64,000 nucleotides of DNA from Eledone cirrhosa (Eukaryota). A model generated the notes under the pieces. The model searched no databases. It was not told the DNA's origin and saw only the letters and a program-made list of their open reading frames with translations. Below, piece by piece: positions 14,991-31,663 of the stretch (position 1 is the first letter of the stretch; the number at the start of each line of letters is the position of its first letter). The translations under genes and the position numbers were made by a program. The stretch lies in NCBI GenBank assembly GCA_964016885.1, contig OZ024743.1:128836001-128900000 (forward strand), given 5' to 3'.

Positions 14991-17900
14991 AAGCACCAAG
15001 CACCAAACACCAAGCACCAAGCACCAAGCACCAAACACCAAACACCAAGCCTCAAGAACCAAGCACCAAACACCAAGCTCCAAGCACCAAACACCAAACA
15101 CCAAGCACCAAACACCAAACACAAGAACCAAGCACCAAACACCAAACACCAAGCACCAAGCACAAAGCACCAAGCACTAAGCAGCAAGCACCAAGCACCA
15201 AGCACCAAACACCAAGCACCAAGCACCAAGCACCAAACACCAAGCACTAAGCACCAAACACCAAGCACCAAGCACCAATCACCAAGCACCAAAGACCAAG
15301 CACCAAGCACCAAGTACCACACATCAAGCACCAAAGACCAAACACCAAGCACCAAGCACCAAACACCAAGCACCAAGCACCAAGGACCAAACACCAAACA
15401 CCAAGCATCAAGAACCAAGCACCAAACACCAAGCACCAAGCAACAAACACCAAGCACCAAGCACCAAACACCAAGCACCAAACACCAAGCACCAAGCACC
15501 TAGCACCAAGAACGAAAAACCAAGCACCAAGCACCAAGCACCAAACACCAAGCACCAAACACCAAACACCAAGCACCAAGCACCAAACACCAAGCACCAA
15601 GCGCCAAACACCAAAGACCAAGTACCAAGCACCAAACACCAGACACCAAGCACTAAGAACCAAACACCAGATACCAAGCACAAAGCACTAAACACCAAAC
15701 ACCAATCACCAGGCACCAAGCACCAAACACCAAGCACCAAGCAGGAAGCACAAAACACCAAACACCAAACACCAAACAGCAAACAGCAAACACCAAACAC
15801 CAAACACCAAAAACCAAGCACCAAGCACCAAGCACCAAACACCGCGCACCGAGCACCAAACACCAAACACCAAGCACCAAGGACAAAGCACCAAGCACGA
15901 AACACCAAACACCAAGCACCAAACACCAAACACCAATCACCAAGCCCCAAACACCAAACACCAAGCACCAACCGCCAAACACCAAACACCAAGCACCAAG
16001 CACCAAGCACCAAACACCAAGCGCCAAGCAACAAACAACAAGCACCAATCACCAAGCATCAAGCACCAAGCACCAAGCACCAAGCACCAAGCACCAAACA
16101 CCAAGCACCAAGCACCAAACACCAAGCACTAAACACCAAGCACCAAACACCAAGCACCAAGCACCAAGCACAAAGCACCAAAAACCAAGCACCAAGCTCC
16201 AAGCACCAAACACCAAGCACCAAACACCAAACACCAAGCACCAACCATCAAACACCAAGCACCAAGCGCCAAACACCAAACACCAAGCACTAAGCACCAA
16301 ACACCAAGCATCAAGCGCCAATCACCAAGCACCAAAGACCAAACACCAAGCACCAAGCACCAAACACCAAGCACCAAGCACCAAGCACAAAACACCAAAC
16401 ACCAAGCATCAAGAACCAAGCACCAAACACCAAGCACCAAGCACCAAACACCAAGCACCAAGCACCAAGCACCAAAGACCAAGTACCAAGCACCAAGCAC
16501 CAAACACCAAGCACCAAGCACTAAACACCAAACACCTAGCACCAAGCACCAAACACCAAGCACCAAGCACCAAGCACCAAACACCAAGTACCAAGCACCA
16601 AGCACCAAGAAACAAATACCAAACACCAAGCACCAAGCACCAAACACCAAGTACCAAGCACCAAGCACCAAACATCAAGCACCAAGCACCAAGCACCAAA
16701 CACAAAGCACCAAGCCCCAAGCACCAAACACCTAGCACCAAGCACCAAACACCAAGCACCAAGCACCAAGCACCAAACACCAAGCACCAAGCACCAAGCA
16801 CCAAATACCAAACACCAAGCACCAAGCACCACACATCAAACACCAAACACCACACACCAAACACCAAACAGCAAACACCAAACACCAAACAGCAAACACC
16901 AAACACCAAACACCAAGCACCAAGCACCAAGCACCAAGCACAAAACATCAAGCACCAAGCACCAAGAACCAAGCACCAAGCACCAAACACCAAACACCAA
17001 GCACCAAACACCAAACACAAGAACCAAGCACCAAGCACCAAACACCAAACACCAAGCACCAAGCACCAAACACCAAACACCAAGCACCAATCACCAAACA
17101 CCAAGCACCAAGCACCAAGCACCAAACACCAAGAACCAAGCACCAAGCACCAAACACCAAACACCAAGCCTCAAGAACCAAGCACCAAACACCAAGCACC
17201 AAGCACCAAACACCAAACACCAAGCACCAAAAACCAAACACAAGAACCAAGCACCAAACACCAAACACCAAGCACCAAGCACTAAGCACCAAGCACTAAG
17301 CAGCAAGCAGCAAGCACCAAGCACCAAACACCAAGCACCAAGCACCAAGCACCAAACACCAAGCACTAAGCACCAAACACCAAGCACCAAGCACTAATCA
17401 CCAAGCACCAAAGACCAAGCACCAAGCACCAAGTACCACACACCAAGCACCAAAGACCAAACATCAAGCACCAAGCACCAAACACCAAGCACCAAGCACC
17501 AAGCACCAAACACCAAACACCAAGCACCAAGAACCAAGCACCAAACACCAAGCACCAGGCACCAAACAGCAAGAACCAAGCACCAAACACCAAGCACCAA
17601 ACACCAAGCACCAAGCACCTAGCACCAAGCACGAAAAAACAAGCACCAATCACCAAGCACCAAACACCAAGCACCAAACACCAAACACCAAGCACCAAGC
17701 ACCAAACACCAAGCACCAAGCGCCAAACACCAAAGACCAAGCACCAAGCACCAAACACCAGACACCAAGCACTAAGAACCAAACACCAGATACCAAGCAC
17801 AAAGCACTAAACACCAAACACCAATCACCAGGCACCAAGCACCAAACACCAAGCACCAAGCACCAAACACCAAACACCAATCACCAAGCCCCAAACACCA

Positions 17901-18522
17901 AACACCAAGCACCAACAACCAAACACCAAACACCAAGCACCAAGCGCCAAGCACCAAACACCAAGCGCCAAGCAACAAACAACAAGCACCAATCACCAAG
18001 CATCAAGCACCAAGCACCAAGCACCAAGCACCAAACACCAAGCACCAAGCACCAAGCACCAAACACCAAGCACCAAACACCAAGCACCAAACACCAAGCC
18101 CCAAGCACCAAGCACAAAGCACCAAAAACCAAGCACCAAGCTCCAAGCACCAAACACCAAGCACCAAACACCAAACACCAAGCACCAACCATCAAACACC
18201 AAGCACCAAGCGCCAAACAGCAAACACCAAGCACCAAGCACCAAACACCAAGCACCAAGCACCAAGCACCAAACACCAATCTCCAAACACCAATCACCAA
18301 AGACCAAGAACCAAGCACCAAACACCAGACACCAAGCACCAAGCACCAAACACCAAACACCAAGCTCCAAGCACCAAGCACCAAGCACCAAACACCAAAC
18401 AGCAAACACCAAACACCAAACACCAAACACCAAGCACCAAGCACCAAGCACCAAACACCAAGCACCAAGCACCAAACACCAAACACCAAGCACCAAGCAC
18501 CAAACACCAAACACCAAGTACC

Positions 18523-21500
18523 AAGCACCAAACACCAAACACCAAAAACCAAGCACCAAACACCAAACACCAAGCACCAAGCACCAAACACCGAGCACCA
18601 AGCACCAAGCACCAAACACCAACCACCAAGCTGCAACCACCAAACCCAAGCACCAAGCACCAAACACCAAACACCAAGCACCAAGCACCAAGCACCAAAC
18701 ACCAGGCACCAAGCTCCAAACACCAAGCACCAAGCACCAAGCACCAAACACCAAACACCAAACACCAAGCACCAAGCACCAAAGACCAAATATCAAACAC
18801 CAAGCACCAAACACCAAGCACCAATCACTAAACACCAAACACCTAGCACCAAGCACCAAACACCAAGCACCAAGCACCAAGCACCAAACACCAAGTACCA
18901 AGCACCAAGCACCAAGAAACAAATACCAAACACCAAGCACCAAGCACCAAACACCAAGTACCAAGCACCAAGCACCAAACACAAAGCACCAAGCACCAAG
19001 CACCAAACACCTAGCACCAAGCACCAAACACCAAACACCAAGCACCAAGCACCAAACACCAAGCACCAAGCACCAAGCACCAAATACCAAACACCAAGCA
19101 CCAAGCACCACACATCAAACACCAAACACCACACACCAAACACCAAACAGCAAACACCAAACAGCAAACACCAAGCACCAAACATCAAGCACCAAGCACC
19201 AAGCACCAAACACAAAGCACCAAGCACCAAGCACCAAACACCTAGCACCAAGCACCAAACACCAAACACCAAACACCAAGCACCAAGCACCAAGCACCAA
19301 ACATCAAGCACCAAGCACCAAGCACCAAGCACCAAGCACCAAGCACCAAACACCAAACACCAAGCACCAAACACCAAACACAAGCACCAAGCACCAAGCA
19401 CCAAACACCAAGCACCAAGCAACAAGCACCAAACACCAAATACCAAGCACCAAACACCAAACACCAAGCACCAAGCACCAAACACCAAACACCAAGCACC
19501 AATCACCAAACACCAAGCACCAAGCACCAAGCACTAAACAACAAGAACCAAGCACCAAGCACCAAACACCAAGCACCAAGCACCAAGCACCAAACACCAA
19601 ACACCAAGCCTCAAGAACCAAGCACCAAACACCAAGCACCAAGCAGCAAACACCAAACACCAAGCACCACACACCAAACACAAGAACCAAGCACCAAACA
19701 CCAAACACCAAGCACCAAGCACAAAGCACCAAGCACTAAGCAGCAAGCACCAAGCACCAAGCACCAAACACCAAGCACCAAGCACCAAGCACCAAACACC
19801 AAGCACTAAGCCCCAAACACCAAGCACCAAGCACCAAGCACCAAGCACCAAAGACCAAGCACCAAGCACCAAGTACCACACACCAAGCACCAAAGACCAA
19901 ACACCAAGCACCAAGCACCAAACACCAAGCACCAAGCACCAAGCACCAAACAACAAACACCAAGCATCAAGAACCAAGCACCAAACACCAAGCACCAAGC
20001 ATCAAACACAAAGCACCAAGGACCAAACACCAAGCACCAAACACCAAGCACCAAGCACCAAACACCAAGCACCAAGCACCTAGCACCAAGCACCAAAAAC
20101 CAAGCACCAAGCACCAAGCACCAAACACCAAGCACCAAACACCAAACACCAAGCACCAAGCACCAGACACCAAGCACCAAGCGCCAAACACCAAAGACCA
20201 AGTATCAAGCACCAAACACCAGACACCAAGCACTAAGAACCAAACACCAGATACCAAGCACAAAGCACTAAACACCAAACACGAATCACCAGGCACCAAG
20301 CACCAAACACCAAGCACCAAGCACGAAGCACCAAACCCCAAACACCAAACACCAAGCACCAAGGACAAAGCACCAAGCACGAAACACCAAACACCAAGCA
20401 CCAAACACCAAACACCAATCACCAAGCCCCAAACACCAAACACCAAGCACCAACCACCAAACACCAAACACCAAGCACCAAGCACCAAACACCAAGCGCC
20501 AAGCACCAAACAAGAAGCACCAATCACCAAGCATCAAGCACCAAGCACCAAGCACCAAACAACAAGCACCAAGCACCAAGCACCAAACACCAAGCACCAA
20601 ACACCAAGCACCAAGCACCAAGCACGAAGCACCAAAAACCAAGCACCAATCTCCAAGCACCAAACACCAAGCACCAAACACCAAACACCAAGCACCAACC
20701 ATCGAACACCAAGCACCAAGCGCCAAACACCAAACACCAAGCACCAAGCACCAAACACCAAGCACCAAGCACCAAGCACCAAACACCAATCTCCAAACAC
20801 CAATCACCAAAGACCAAGAAACAAGCACCAAACACCAGACACCAAGCACCAAGCACCAAACACCAAATACCAAGCACCAAGCACTAAACACAAAACACCA
20901 AGCTCCAAGCAACAAGCACCAAGCAGCAAACACCAAACAGCAAACAGCAAACACCAAACACCAAACACCAAACACCAAGCACCAAGCACCAAGCACCAAA
21001 CACCAAGCACCAAGCACCAAACACCAAACACCAAGCACCAAGCACCAAACACCAAACACCAAGTACCAAGCACCAAACACCAAACACCAAGCACCAAGCA
21101 CCTCACATCAAACACCAAACACCACACACCAAACAGCAAACACCAAACACAAAACACCAAGCACCAAGCACCAAGCACCAAATACCAAACACCAAGCACC
21201 AAGCACCACACATCAAACACCAAACACCACACACCAAACAGCAAACACCAAACACAAAACACCAAGCACCAAGCACCAAGCACCAAGCACAAAACATTAA
21301 GCACCAAGCACCAAGCACCAAGCACCAAGCACCAAACACCAAGCACCAAGCACCAAGCACCAAACACCAATCTCCAAACACCAATCACCAAAGACCAAGA
21401 ACCAAGCACCAAACACCAGACACCAAGCACCAAGCACCAAACATCAAATACCAAGCACCAAGCACTAAACACCAAACACCAAGCTGCAAGCACCAAGCAC

Positions 21501-24500
21501 CAAGCACCAAACACCAAACAGCAAACACCAAACACCAAACACCAAACACCAAACACCAAGCACCAAGCACCAAACACCAAGCACCAAGCACCAAACACCA
21601 AACACCAAGCACCAAGCACCAAACACCAAACACCAAGTACCAAGCACCAAACAACAAACACCAAAAACCAAGCACCAAACACCAAACACCAAGCACCAAA
21701 CACCGAGCACCAAGCACCAAGCACCAAACACCAACCACCAAGCTGCAACCACCAGACCCAAGCATCAAGCACCAAACACCGAGCACCAAGCACCAAGCAC
21801 CAAGCACCAAACACCAGGCACCAAGCTCCAAACACCAAGCACCAAGCACCAAGCACCAAACACCAAACACCAAACACCAAGCACCAAGCACCAAAGACCA
21901 AGTACCAAACACCAAGCACCAAACACCAAGCACCAAGCACTAAACACCAAACACCTAGCACCAAGCACCAAACACCAAGCACCAAGCACCAAGCACCAAA
22001 CACCAAGTACCAAGCACCAAGCACCAAGAAACAAATACCAAACACCAAGCACCAAGCACCAAACACCAAGTACCAAGCACCAAGCACCAAACATCAAGCA
22101 CCAAGCACCAAGCACCAAACACAAAGCACCAAGCACCAAGCACCAAACACCTAGCACCAAGCACCAAACACCAAGCACCAAGCACCAAGCACCAAACACC
22201 AAGCACCAATCACCAAGCACCAAATACCAAACACCAAGCACCAAGCACCACACATCAAACACCAAACACCAAACACCAAACAGCAAACACCAAACACCAA
22301 ACACCAAGCACCAAGCACCAAGCACCAAGCACAAAACATCAAGCACCAAGCACCAAGCACCAATCACCAAGCACCAAACACCAAACACCAAGCACCAAAC
22401 ACCAAACACAAGAACCAAGCACCAAACACCAAACACCAAGCACCAAGAACCAAACACCAAGCACCAAGGACCAAGCACCAAGCACCAAACACCAAGCACC
22501 AAGCAACAAGCACCAAACACCAAATACCAAGCACCAAACACCAAGCACCAAGCACCAAGCACCAATCACCAAACACCAAGCACCAAGCACCAAACAACAA
22601 GAACCAAGCACGAAGCACCAAACACCAAGCACCAAGCAACAAGCACCAAACACCAAGCACCAAGCACCAAACACCAAATACCAAGCACCAAGCACTAAAC
22701 ACAAAACACCAAGCTCCAAGCACCAAGCACCAAGCACCAAACACCAAACAGGAAACACCAAACACCAAACACCAAACACCAAACACCAAGCACCAAGCAC
22801 CAAGCACAAAACATCAAGCACCAAGCACCAAGCACCAAGCACCAAGCACCAAACACCAAGCACCAAGCACCAAGCACCAAACACCAATCTCCAAACACCA
22901 ATCACCAAAGACCAAGAACCAAGCACCAAACACCAGACACCAAGCACCAAGCACCAAACATCAAATACCAAGCACCAAGCACTAAACACCAAACACCAAG
23001 CTCCAAGCACCAAGCACCAAGCACCAAACACCAAACAGCAAACAGCAAACACCAAACACCAAACACCAAACACCAAGCACCAAGCACCAAGCACCAAACA
23101 CCAAGCACCAAGCACCAAACACCAAACACCAAGCACCAAGCACCAAACACCAAACACCAAGTACCAAGCACCAAACACCAAACACCAAAAACCAAGCACC
23201 AAACACCAAACACCAAGCACCAAGCACCAAACACCGAGCACCAAGCACCAAGCACTAAACACCAACCACCAAGCTGCAACCACCAAACCCAAGCATCAAG
23301 CACCAAACACCAAACACCAAGCACCAAGCAGCAAGCACCAAACACCAGGCACCAAGCTCCAAACACCAAGCACCAAGCACCAAACACCAAACACCAAACA
23401 CCAAGCACCAAGCACCAACGACCAAGTACCAAACACCAAGCACCAAACACCAAGCACCAAGCACTAAACACCAAACACCTAGCACCAAGCACCAAACACC
23501 AAGCACCAAGCACCAAGCACCAAGAAACAAATACCAAACACCAAGCACCAAGCACCAAACACCAAGTACCAAGCACCAAGCACAAAACATCAAGCACCAA
23601 GCACCAAGCACCAAACATAAAGCACCAAGCACCAAGCACCAAACACCTAGCACCAAGCACCAAACACCAAGCACCAAGCACCAAGCACCAAACACCAAGC
23701 ACCAAGCACCAAGCACCAAATACCAAACACCAAGCACCAAGCACCACACATCAAACACGAAACACCAAACACCAAACAGCAAACACCAAACACCAAACAC
23801 CAAGCACCAAGCACCAAGCACCAAGCACAAAACATCAAGCACCAAGCACCAAGCACCAATCACCAAGCACCAAACACCAAACACCAAGCACCAAACACCA
23901 AACACAAGAACCAAGCACCAAACACCAAACACCAAGCACCAAGAACCAAACACCAAGCACCAAGGACCAAGCACCAAGCACCAAACACCAAGCACCAAGC
24001 AACAAGCACCAAACACCAAATACCAAGCACCAAACACCAAACACCAAGCACCAAGCACCAAACACCAAACACCAAGCACCAATCACCAAACACCAAGCAC
24101 CAAGCACCAAACACCAAACAACAAGAACCAAGCACGAAGCACCAAACACCAAGCACCAAGCACCAAGCACCAAACACCAAACACCAAGCCTCAAGAACCA
24201 AGCACCAAACACCAAGCACCAAGCAGCAAACACCAAACACCAAGCACCAAACACCAAACACAAGAACCAAGCACCAAACACCAAACACCAAGCACCAAGC
24301 ACAAAGCACCAAGCACTAAGCAGCAAGCACCAAGCACCAAGCACCAAACACCAAGCACCAAGCACCAAGCACCAAACACCAAGCACTAAGCACCAAATAC
24401 CAAGCACCAAGCACCAATCACCAAGCACCAAAGACCAAGCACCAAGCACCAAGTACCACACACCAAGCACCAAACACCAAACACCATGCCTCAAGAACCA

Positions 24501-27500
24501 AGCACCAAACACCAAGCACCAAGCAGCAAACACCAAACACCAAGCACCAAACACCAAACACAAGAACCAAGCACCAAGCACCAAACACCAAACACCAAGC
24601 ATCAAGAACCAAGCACCAAACACCAAGCACCAAGCACCAAACACCAAGCACCAAGCACCAAACACCAAGCACCAAACACCAAGCACCAAGCACCTAGCAC
24701 CAAGCACCAAGCACAAAGCACCAAACACCAAGCACCAAACACCAAACACCAAGCACCAAGCGCCAAACATCAAAGACCAAGTACCAAGCACCAAACACCA
24801 GACACCAAGCACTAAGAACCAAACACCAGATACCAACCACAAAGCACTAAACACAAAACACCAATCACCAGGCACCAAGCACCAAACACCAAGCACCAAG
24901 CACGAAGCACCAAACACCAAACACCAAACACCAAACAGCAAACACCAAACACCAAACACCAAACACCAAAAACCAAGCACCAAGCACCAAGCACCAAACA
25001 CCGCGCACCAAGCACCAAACACCAAACACCAAGCACCAAGGACAAAGCACCAAGCACCAAACACCAAACACCAAGCACCAAACACCAAACACCAATCACC
25101 AAGCCCCAAACACCAAACACCAAGCACCAACCACCAAACACCAAACACCAAGCACCAAGCACCAAACACCAAACACCAAAAACCAAGCACCAAACACCAA
25201 ACACCAAGCACCAAGCACCAAACACCGAGCACCAAGCACCAAGCACCAAACACCAACCACCAAGCTGCAACCACCAAACCCAAGCACCAAGCACCAAACA
25301 CCAAACACCAAGCACCAAGCACCAAGCACCAAACACCAGGCACCAAGCTCCAAACACCAAGCACCAAGCACCAAGCACCAAACACCAAACACCAAACACC
25401 AAGCACCAAGCACCAAAGACCAAATATCAAACACCAAGCACCAAACACCAAGCACCAATCACTAAACACCAAACACCTAGCACCAAGCACCAAATACCAA
25501 GCACCAAGCACCAAGCACCAAACACCAAGTACCAAGCACCAAGCACCAAGAAACAAATACCAAACACCAAGCACCAAGCACCAAACACCAAGTACCAAGC
25601 ACCAAGCACCAAACACAAAGCACCAAGCACCAAGCACCAAACACCTAGCACCAAGCACCAAACACCAAACACCAAGCACCAAGCACCAAACACCAAGCAC
25701 CAAGCACCAAGCACCAAATACCAAACACCAAGCACCAAGCACCACACATCAAACACCAAACACCACACACCAAACACCAAACAGCAAACACCAAACAGCA
25801 AACACCAAGCACCAAACATCAAGCACCAAGCACCAAGCACCAAACACAAAGCACCAAGCACCAAGCACCAAACACCTAGCACCAAGCACCAAACACCAAA
25901 CACCAAACACCAAGCACCAAGCACCAAGCACCAAACATCAAGCACCAAGCACCAAGCACCAAGCACCAAGCACCAAACACCAAACACCAAGCACCAAACA
26001 CCAAACACAAGCACCAAGCACCAAGCACCAAACACCAAGCACCAAGCAACAAGCACCAAACACCAAATACCAAGCACCAAACACCAAACACCAAGCACCA
26101 AGCACCAAACACCAAACACCAAGCACCAATCACCAAACACCAAGCACCAAGCACCAAGCACTAAACAACAAGAACAAAGCACCAAGCACCAAACACCAAG
26201 CACCAAGCACCAAGCACCAAACACCAAACACCAAGCCTCAAGAACCAAGCACCAAACACCAAGCACCAAGCAGCAAACACCAAACACCAAGCACCAAACA
26301 CCAAACACAAGAACCAAGCACAAAGCACCAAGCACTAAGCAGCAAGCACCAAGCACCAAGCACCAAACACCAAGCACCAAGCACCAAGCACCAAACACCA
26401 AGCACTAAGCCCCAAACACCAAGCACCAAGCACCAAGCACCAAGCACCAAAGACCAAGCACCAAGCACCAAGTACCACACACCAAGCACCAAAGACCAAA
26501 CACCAAGCACCAAGCACCAAACACCAAGCACCAAGCACCAAGCACCAAACACCAAACACCAAGCATCAAGAACCAAGCACCAAACACCAAGCACCAAGCA
26601 TCAAACACAAAGCACCAAGGACCAAACACCAAGCACCAAACACCAAGCACCAAGCACCTAGCACCAAGCACCAAAAACCAAGCACCAAGCACCAAGCACC
26701 AAACACCAAGCACCAAACACCAAAACCAAGCACCAAGCACCAGACACCAAGCACCAAGCGCCAAACACCAAAGACCAGGTATCAAGCACCAAACACCAGA
26801 CACCAAGCACTAAGAACCAAACACCAGATACCAAGCACAAAGCACTAAACACCAAACACGAATCACCAGGCACCAAGCACCAAACACCAAGCACCAAGCA
26901 CGAAGCACCAAACCCCAAACACCAAACACCAAGCACCAAGGACAAAGCACCAAGCACGAAACACCAAACACCAAGCACCAAACACCAAACACCAATCACC
27001 AAGCCCCAAACACCAAACACCAAGCACCAACCACCAAACACCAAACACCAAGCACCAAGCACCAAACACCAAGCGCCAAGCACCAAACAAGAAGCACCAA
27101 TCACCAAGCATCAAGCACCAAGCACCAAGCACCAAACAACAAGCACCAAGCACCAAGCACCAAACACCAAGCACCAAACACCAAGCACCAAGCACCAAGC
27201 ACGAAGCACCAAAAACCAAGCACCAATCTCCAAGCACCAAACACCAAGCACCAAACACCAAACACCAAGCACCAACCATCAAACACCAAGCACCAAGCGC
27301 CAAACAGCAAACACCAAGCACCAAGCACCAAACACCAAGCACCAAGCACCAAGCACCAAACACCAATCTCCAAACACCAATCACCAAAGACCAAGAACCA
27401 AGCACCAAACACCAGACACCAAGCACCAAGCACCAAACACCAAATACCAAGCACCAAGCACTAAACACAAAACACCAAGCTCCAAGCAACAAGCACCAAG

Positions 27501-30500
27501 CAGCAAACACCAAACAGCAAACAGCAAACACCAAACACCAAACACCAAACACCAAGCACCAAGCACCAAGCACCAAACACCAAGCACCAAGCACCAAACA
27601 CCAAACACCAAGCACCAAGCACCAAACACCAAACACCAAGTACCAAGCACCAAACACCAAACACCAAGCACCAAGCACCACACATCAAACACCAAACACC
27701 ACACACCAAACAGCAAACACCAAACACAAAACACCAAGCACCAAGCACCAAGCACCAAATACCAAACACCAAGCACCAAGCACCACACATCAAACACCAA
27801 ACACCACACACCAAACAGCAAACACCAAACACAAAACACCAAGCACCAAGCACCAAGCACCAAGCACAAAACATTAAGCACCAAGCACCAAGCACCAAGC
27901 ACCAAGCACCAAACACCAAGCACCAAGCACCAAGCACCAAACACCAATCTCCAAACACCAATCACCAAAGACCAAGAACCAAGCACCAAACACCAGACAC
28001 CAAGCACCAAGCACCAAACATCAAATACCAAGCACCAAGCACTAAACACCAAACACCAAGCTGCAAGCACCAAGCACCAAGCACCAAACACCAAACAGCA
28101 AACACCAAACACCAAACACCAAACACCAAACACCAAGCACCAAGCACCAAACACCAAGCACCAAGCACCAAACACCAAACACCAAGCACCAAGCACCAAA
28201 CACTAAACACCAAGTACCAAGCACCAAACACCAAACACCAAAAACCAAGCACCAAACACCAAACACCAAGCACCAAACACCGAGCACCAAGCACCAAGCA
28301 CCAAACACCAACCACCAAGCTGCAACCACCAAACCCAAGCATCAAGCACCAAACACCGAGCACCAAGCACCAAGCACCAAGCACCAAACAGCAGGCACCA
28401 AGCTCCAAACACCAAGCACCAAGCACCAAGCACCAAACACCAAACACCAAGCACCAAGCACCAAAGACCAAGTACCAAACACCAAGCACCAAACACCAAG
28501 CACCAAGCACTAAACACCAAACACCTAGCACCAAGCACCAAACACCAAGCACCAAGCACCAAGCACCAAACACCAAGTACCAAGCACCAAGCACCAAGAA
28601 ACAAATACCAAACACCAAGCACCAAGCACCAAACACCAAGTACCAAGCACCAAGCACCAAACATCAAGCACCAAGCACCAAGCACCAAACACAAAGCACC
28701 AAGCACCAAGCACCAAACACCTAGCACCAAGCACCAAACACCAAGCACCAAGCACCAAGCACCAAACACCAAGCACCAATCACCAAGCACCAAATACCAA
28801 ACACCAAGCACCAAGCACCACACATCAAACACCAAACACCAAACACCAAACAGCAAACACCAAACACCAAACACCAAGCACCAAGCACCAAGCACCAAGC
28901 ACAAAACATCAAGCACCAAGCACCAAGCACCAATCACCAAGCACCAAACACCAAACACCAAGCACCAAACACCAAACACAAGAACCAAGCACCAAACACC
29001 AAACACCAAGCACCAAGAACCAAACACCAAGCACCAAGGACCAAGCACCAAGCACCAAACACCAAGCACCAAGCAACAAGCACCAAACACCAAATACCAA
29101 GCACCAAACACCAAGCACCAAGCACCAAGCACCAATCACCAAACACCAAGCACCAAGCACCAAGCACCAAACAACAAGAACCAAGCACGAAGCACCAAAC
29201 ACCAAGCACCAAGCAACAAGCACCAAACACCAAGCACCAAGCACCAAACACCAAATACCAAGCACCAAGCACTAAACACAAAACACCAAGCTCCAAGCAC
29301 CAAGCACCAAGCACCAAACACCAAACAGGAAACACCAAACACCAAACACCAAACACCAAACACCAAGCACCAAGCACCAAGCACAAAACATCAAGCACCA
29401 AGCACCAAGCACCAAGCACCAAGCACCAAACACCAAGCACCAAGCACCAAGCACCAAACACCAATCTCCAAACACCAATCACCAAAGACCAAGAACCAAG
29501 CACCAAACACCAGACACCAAGCACCAAGCACCAAACATCAAATACCAAGCACCAAGCACTAAACACCAAACACCAAGCTCCAAGCACCAAGCACCAAGCA
29601 CCAAACACCAAACAGCAAACAGCAAACACCAAACACCAAACACCAAACACCAAGCACCAAGCACCAAGCACCAAACACCAAGCACCAAGCACCAAACACC
29701 AAACACCAAGCACCAAGCACCAAACACCAAACACCAAGTACCAAGCACCAAACACCAAACACCAAAAACCAAGCACCAAACACCAAACCCAAGCATCAAG
29801 CACCAAACACCAAACACCAAGCACCAAGCAGCAAGCACCAAACACCAGGCACCAAGCTCCAAACACCAAGCACCAAGCACCAAACACCAAACACCAAACA
29901 CCAAGCACCAAGCACCAACGACCAAGTACCAAACACCAAGCACCAAACACCAAGCACCAAGCACTAAACACCAAACACCTAGCACCAAGCACCAAACACC
30001 AAGCACCAAGCACCAAGCACAAAGAAACAAATACCAAACACCAAGCACCAAGCACCAAACACCAAGTACCAAGCACCAAGCACAAAACATCAAGCACCAA
30101 GCACCAAGCACCAAACATAAAGCACCAAGCACCAAGCACCAAACACCTAGCACCAAGCACCAAACACCAAGCACCAAGCACCAAGCACCAAACACCAAGC
30201 ACCAAGCACCAAGCACCAAATACCAAACACCAAGCACCAAGCACCACACATCAAACACGAAACACCAAACACCAAACAGCAAACACCAAACACCAAACAC
30301 CAAGCACCAAGCACCAAGCACCAAGCACAAAACATCAAGCACCAAGCACCAAGCACCAATCACCAAGCACCAAACACCAAACACCAAGCACCAAACACCA
30401 AACACAAGAACCAAGCACCAAACACCAAACACCAAGCACCAAGAACCAAACACCAAGCACCAAGGACCAAGCACCAAGCACCAAACACCAAGCACCAAGC

Positions 30501-31663
30501 AACAAGCACCAAACACCAAATACCAAGCACCAAACACCAAACACCAAGCACCAAGCACCAAACACCAAACACCAAGCACCAATCACCAAACACCAAGCAC
30601 CAAGCACCAAGCACCAAACAACAAGAACCAAGCACGAAGCACCAAACACCAAGCACCAAGCACCAAGCACCAAACACCAAACACCAAGCCTCAAGAACCA
30701 AGCACCAAACACCAAGCACCAAGCAGCAAACACCAAACACCAAGCACCAAACACCAAACACAAGAACCAAGCACCAAACACCAAACACCAAGCACCAAGC
30801 ACAAAGCACCAAGCACTAAGCAGCAAGCACCAAGCACCAAGCACCAAACACCAAGCACCAAGCACCAAGCACCAAACACCAAGCACTAAGCACCAAATAC
30901 CAAGCACCAAGCACCAATCACCAAGCACCAAAGACCAAGCACCAAGCACCAAGTACCACACACCAAGCACCAAACACCAAACACCAAGCCTCAAGAACCA
31001 AGCACCAAACACCAAGCACCAAGCAGCAAACACCAAACACCAAGCACCAAACACCAAACACAAGAACCAAGCACCAAGCACCAAACACCAAACACCAAGC
31101 ATCAAGAACCAAGCACCAAACACCAAGCACCAAGCACCAAACACCAAGCACCAAGCACCAAACACCAAGCACCAAACACCAAGCACCAAGCACCTAGCAC
31201 CAAGCACCAAGCACAAAGCTCCAAACACCAAGCACCAAACACCAAACACCAAGCACCAAGCGCCAAACATCAAAGACCAAGTACCAAGCACCAAACACCA
31301 GACACCAAGCACTAAGAACCAAACACCAGATACCAACCACAAAGCACTAAACACCAAACACCAATCACCAGGCACCAAGCACCAAACACCAAGCACCAAG
31401 CACGAAGCACCAAACACCAAACACCAAACACCAAACAGCAAACACCAAACACCAAACACCAAACACCAAAAACCAAGCACCAAGCACCAAGCACCAAACA
31501 CCGCGCACCAAGCACCAAACACCAAACACCAAGCACCAAGGACAAAGCACCAAGCACCAAACACCAAACACCAAGCACCAAACACCAAACACCAATCACC
31601 AAGCCCCAAACACCAAACACCAAGCACCAACCACCAAACACCAAACACCAAGCACCAAGCACC
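18523..31663. repeat. Tandem duplication of about 6.5-6.6 kb (about 18523-25156 and about 25157-31663)
   Basis: Paired variants: AAATATC 18788/25422 (offset 6634), AAACATT 21292/27869 (6577), AAACAGG 22746/29323 (6577), AAACATA 23613/30113 (6500), AGATACC-AACCACA 24828/31328 (6500). Many matching ORF-track peptides at the same offsets. Confidence 0.92.

Noticed and set aside
24486-24815. Plus-strand ATG ORF (109 aa)
   Set aside because: The ATG is a single AAG-to-ATG variant; the duplicate position at 30986 has AAG.
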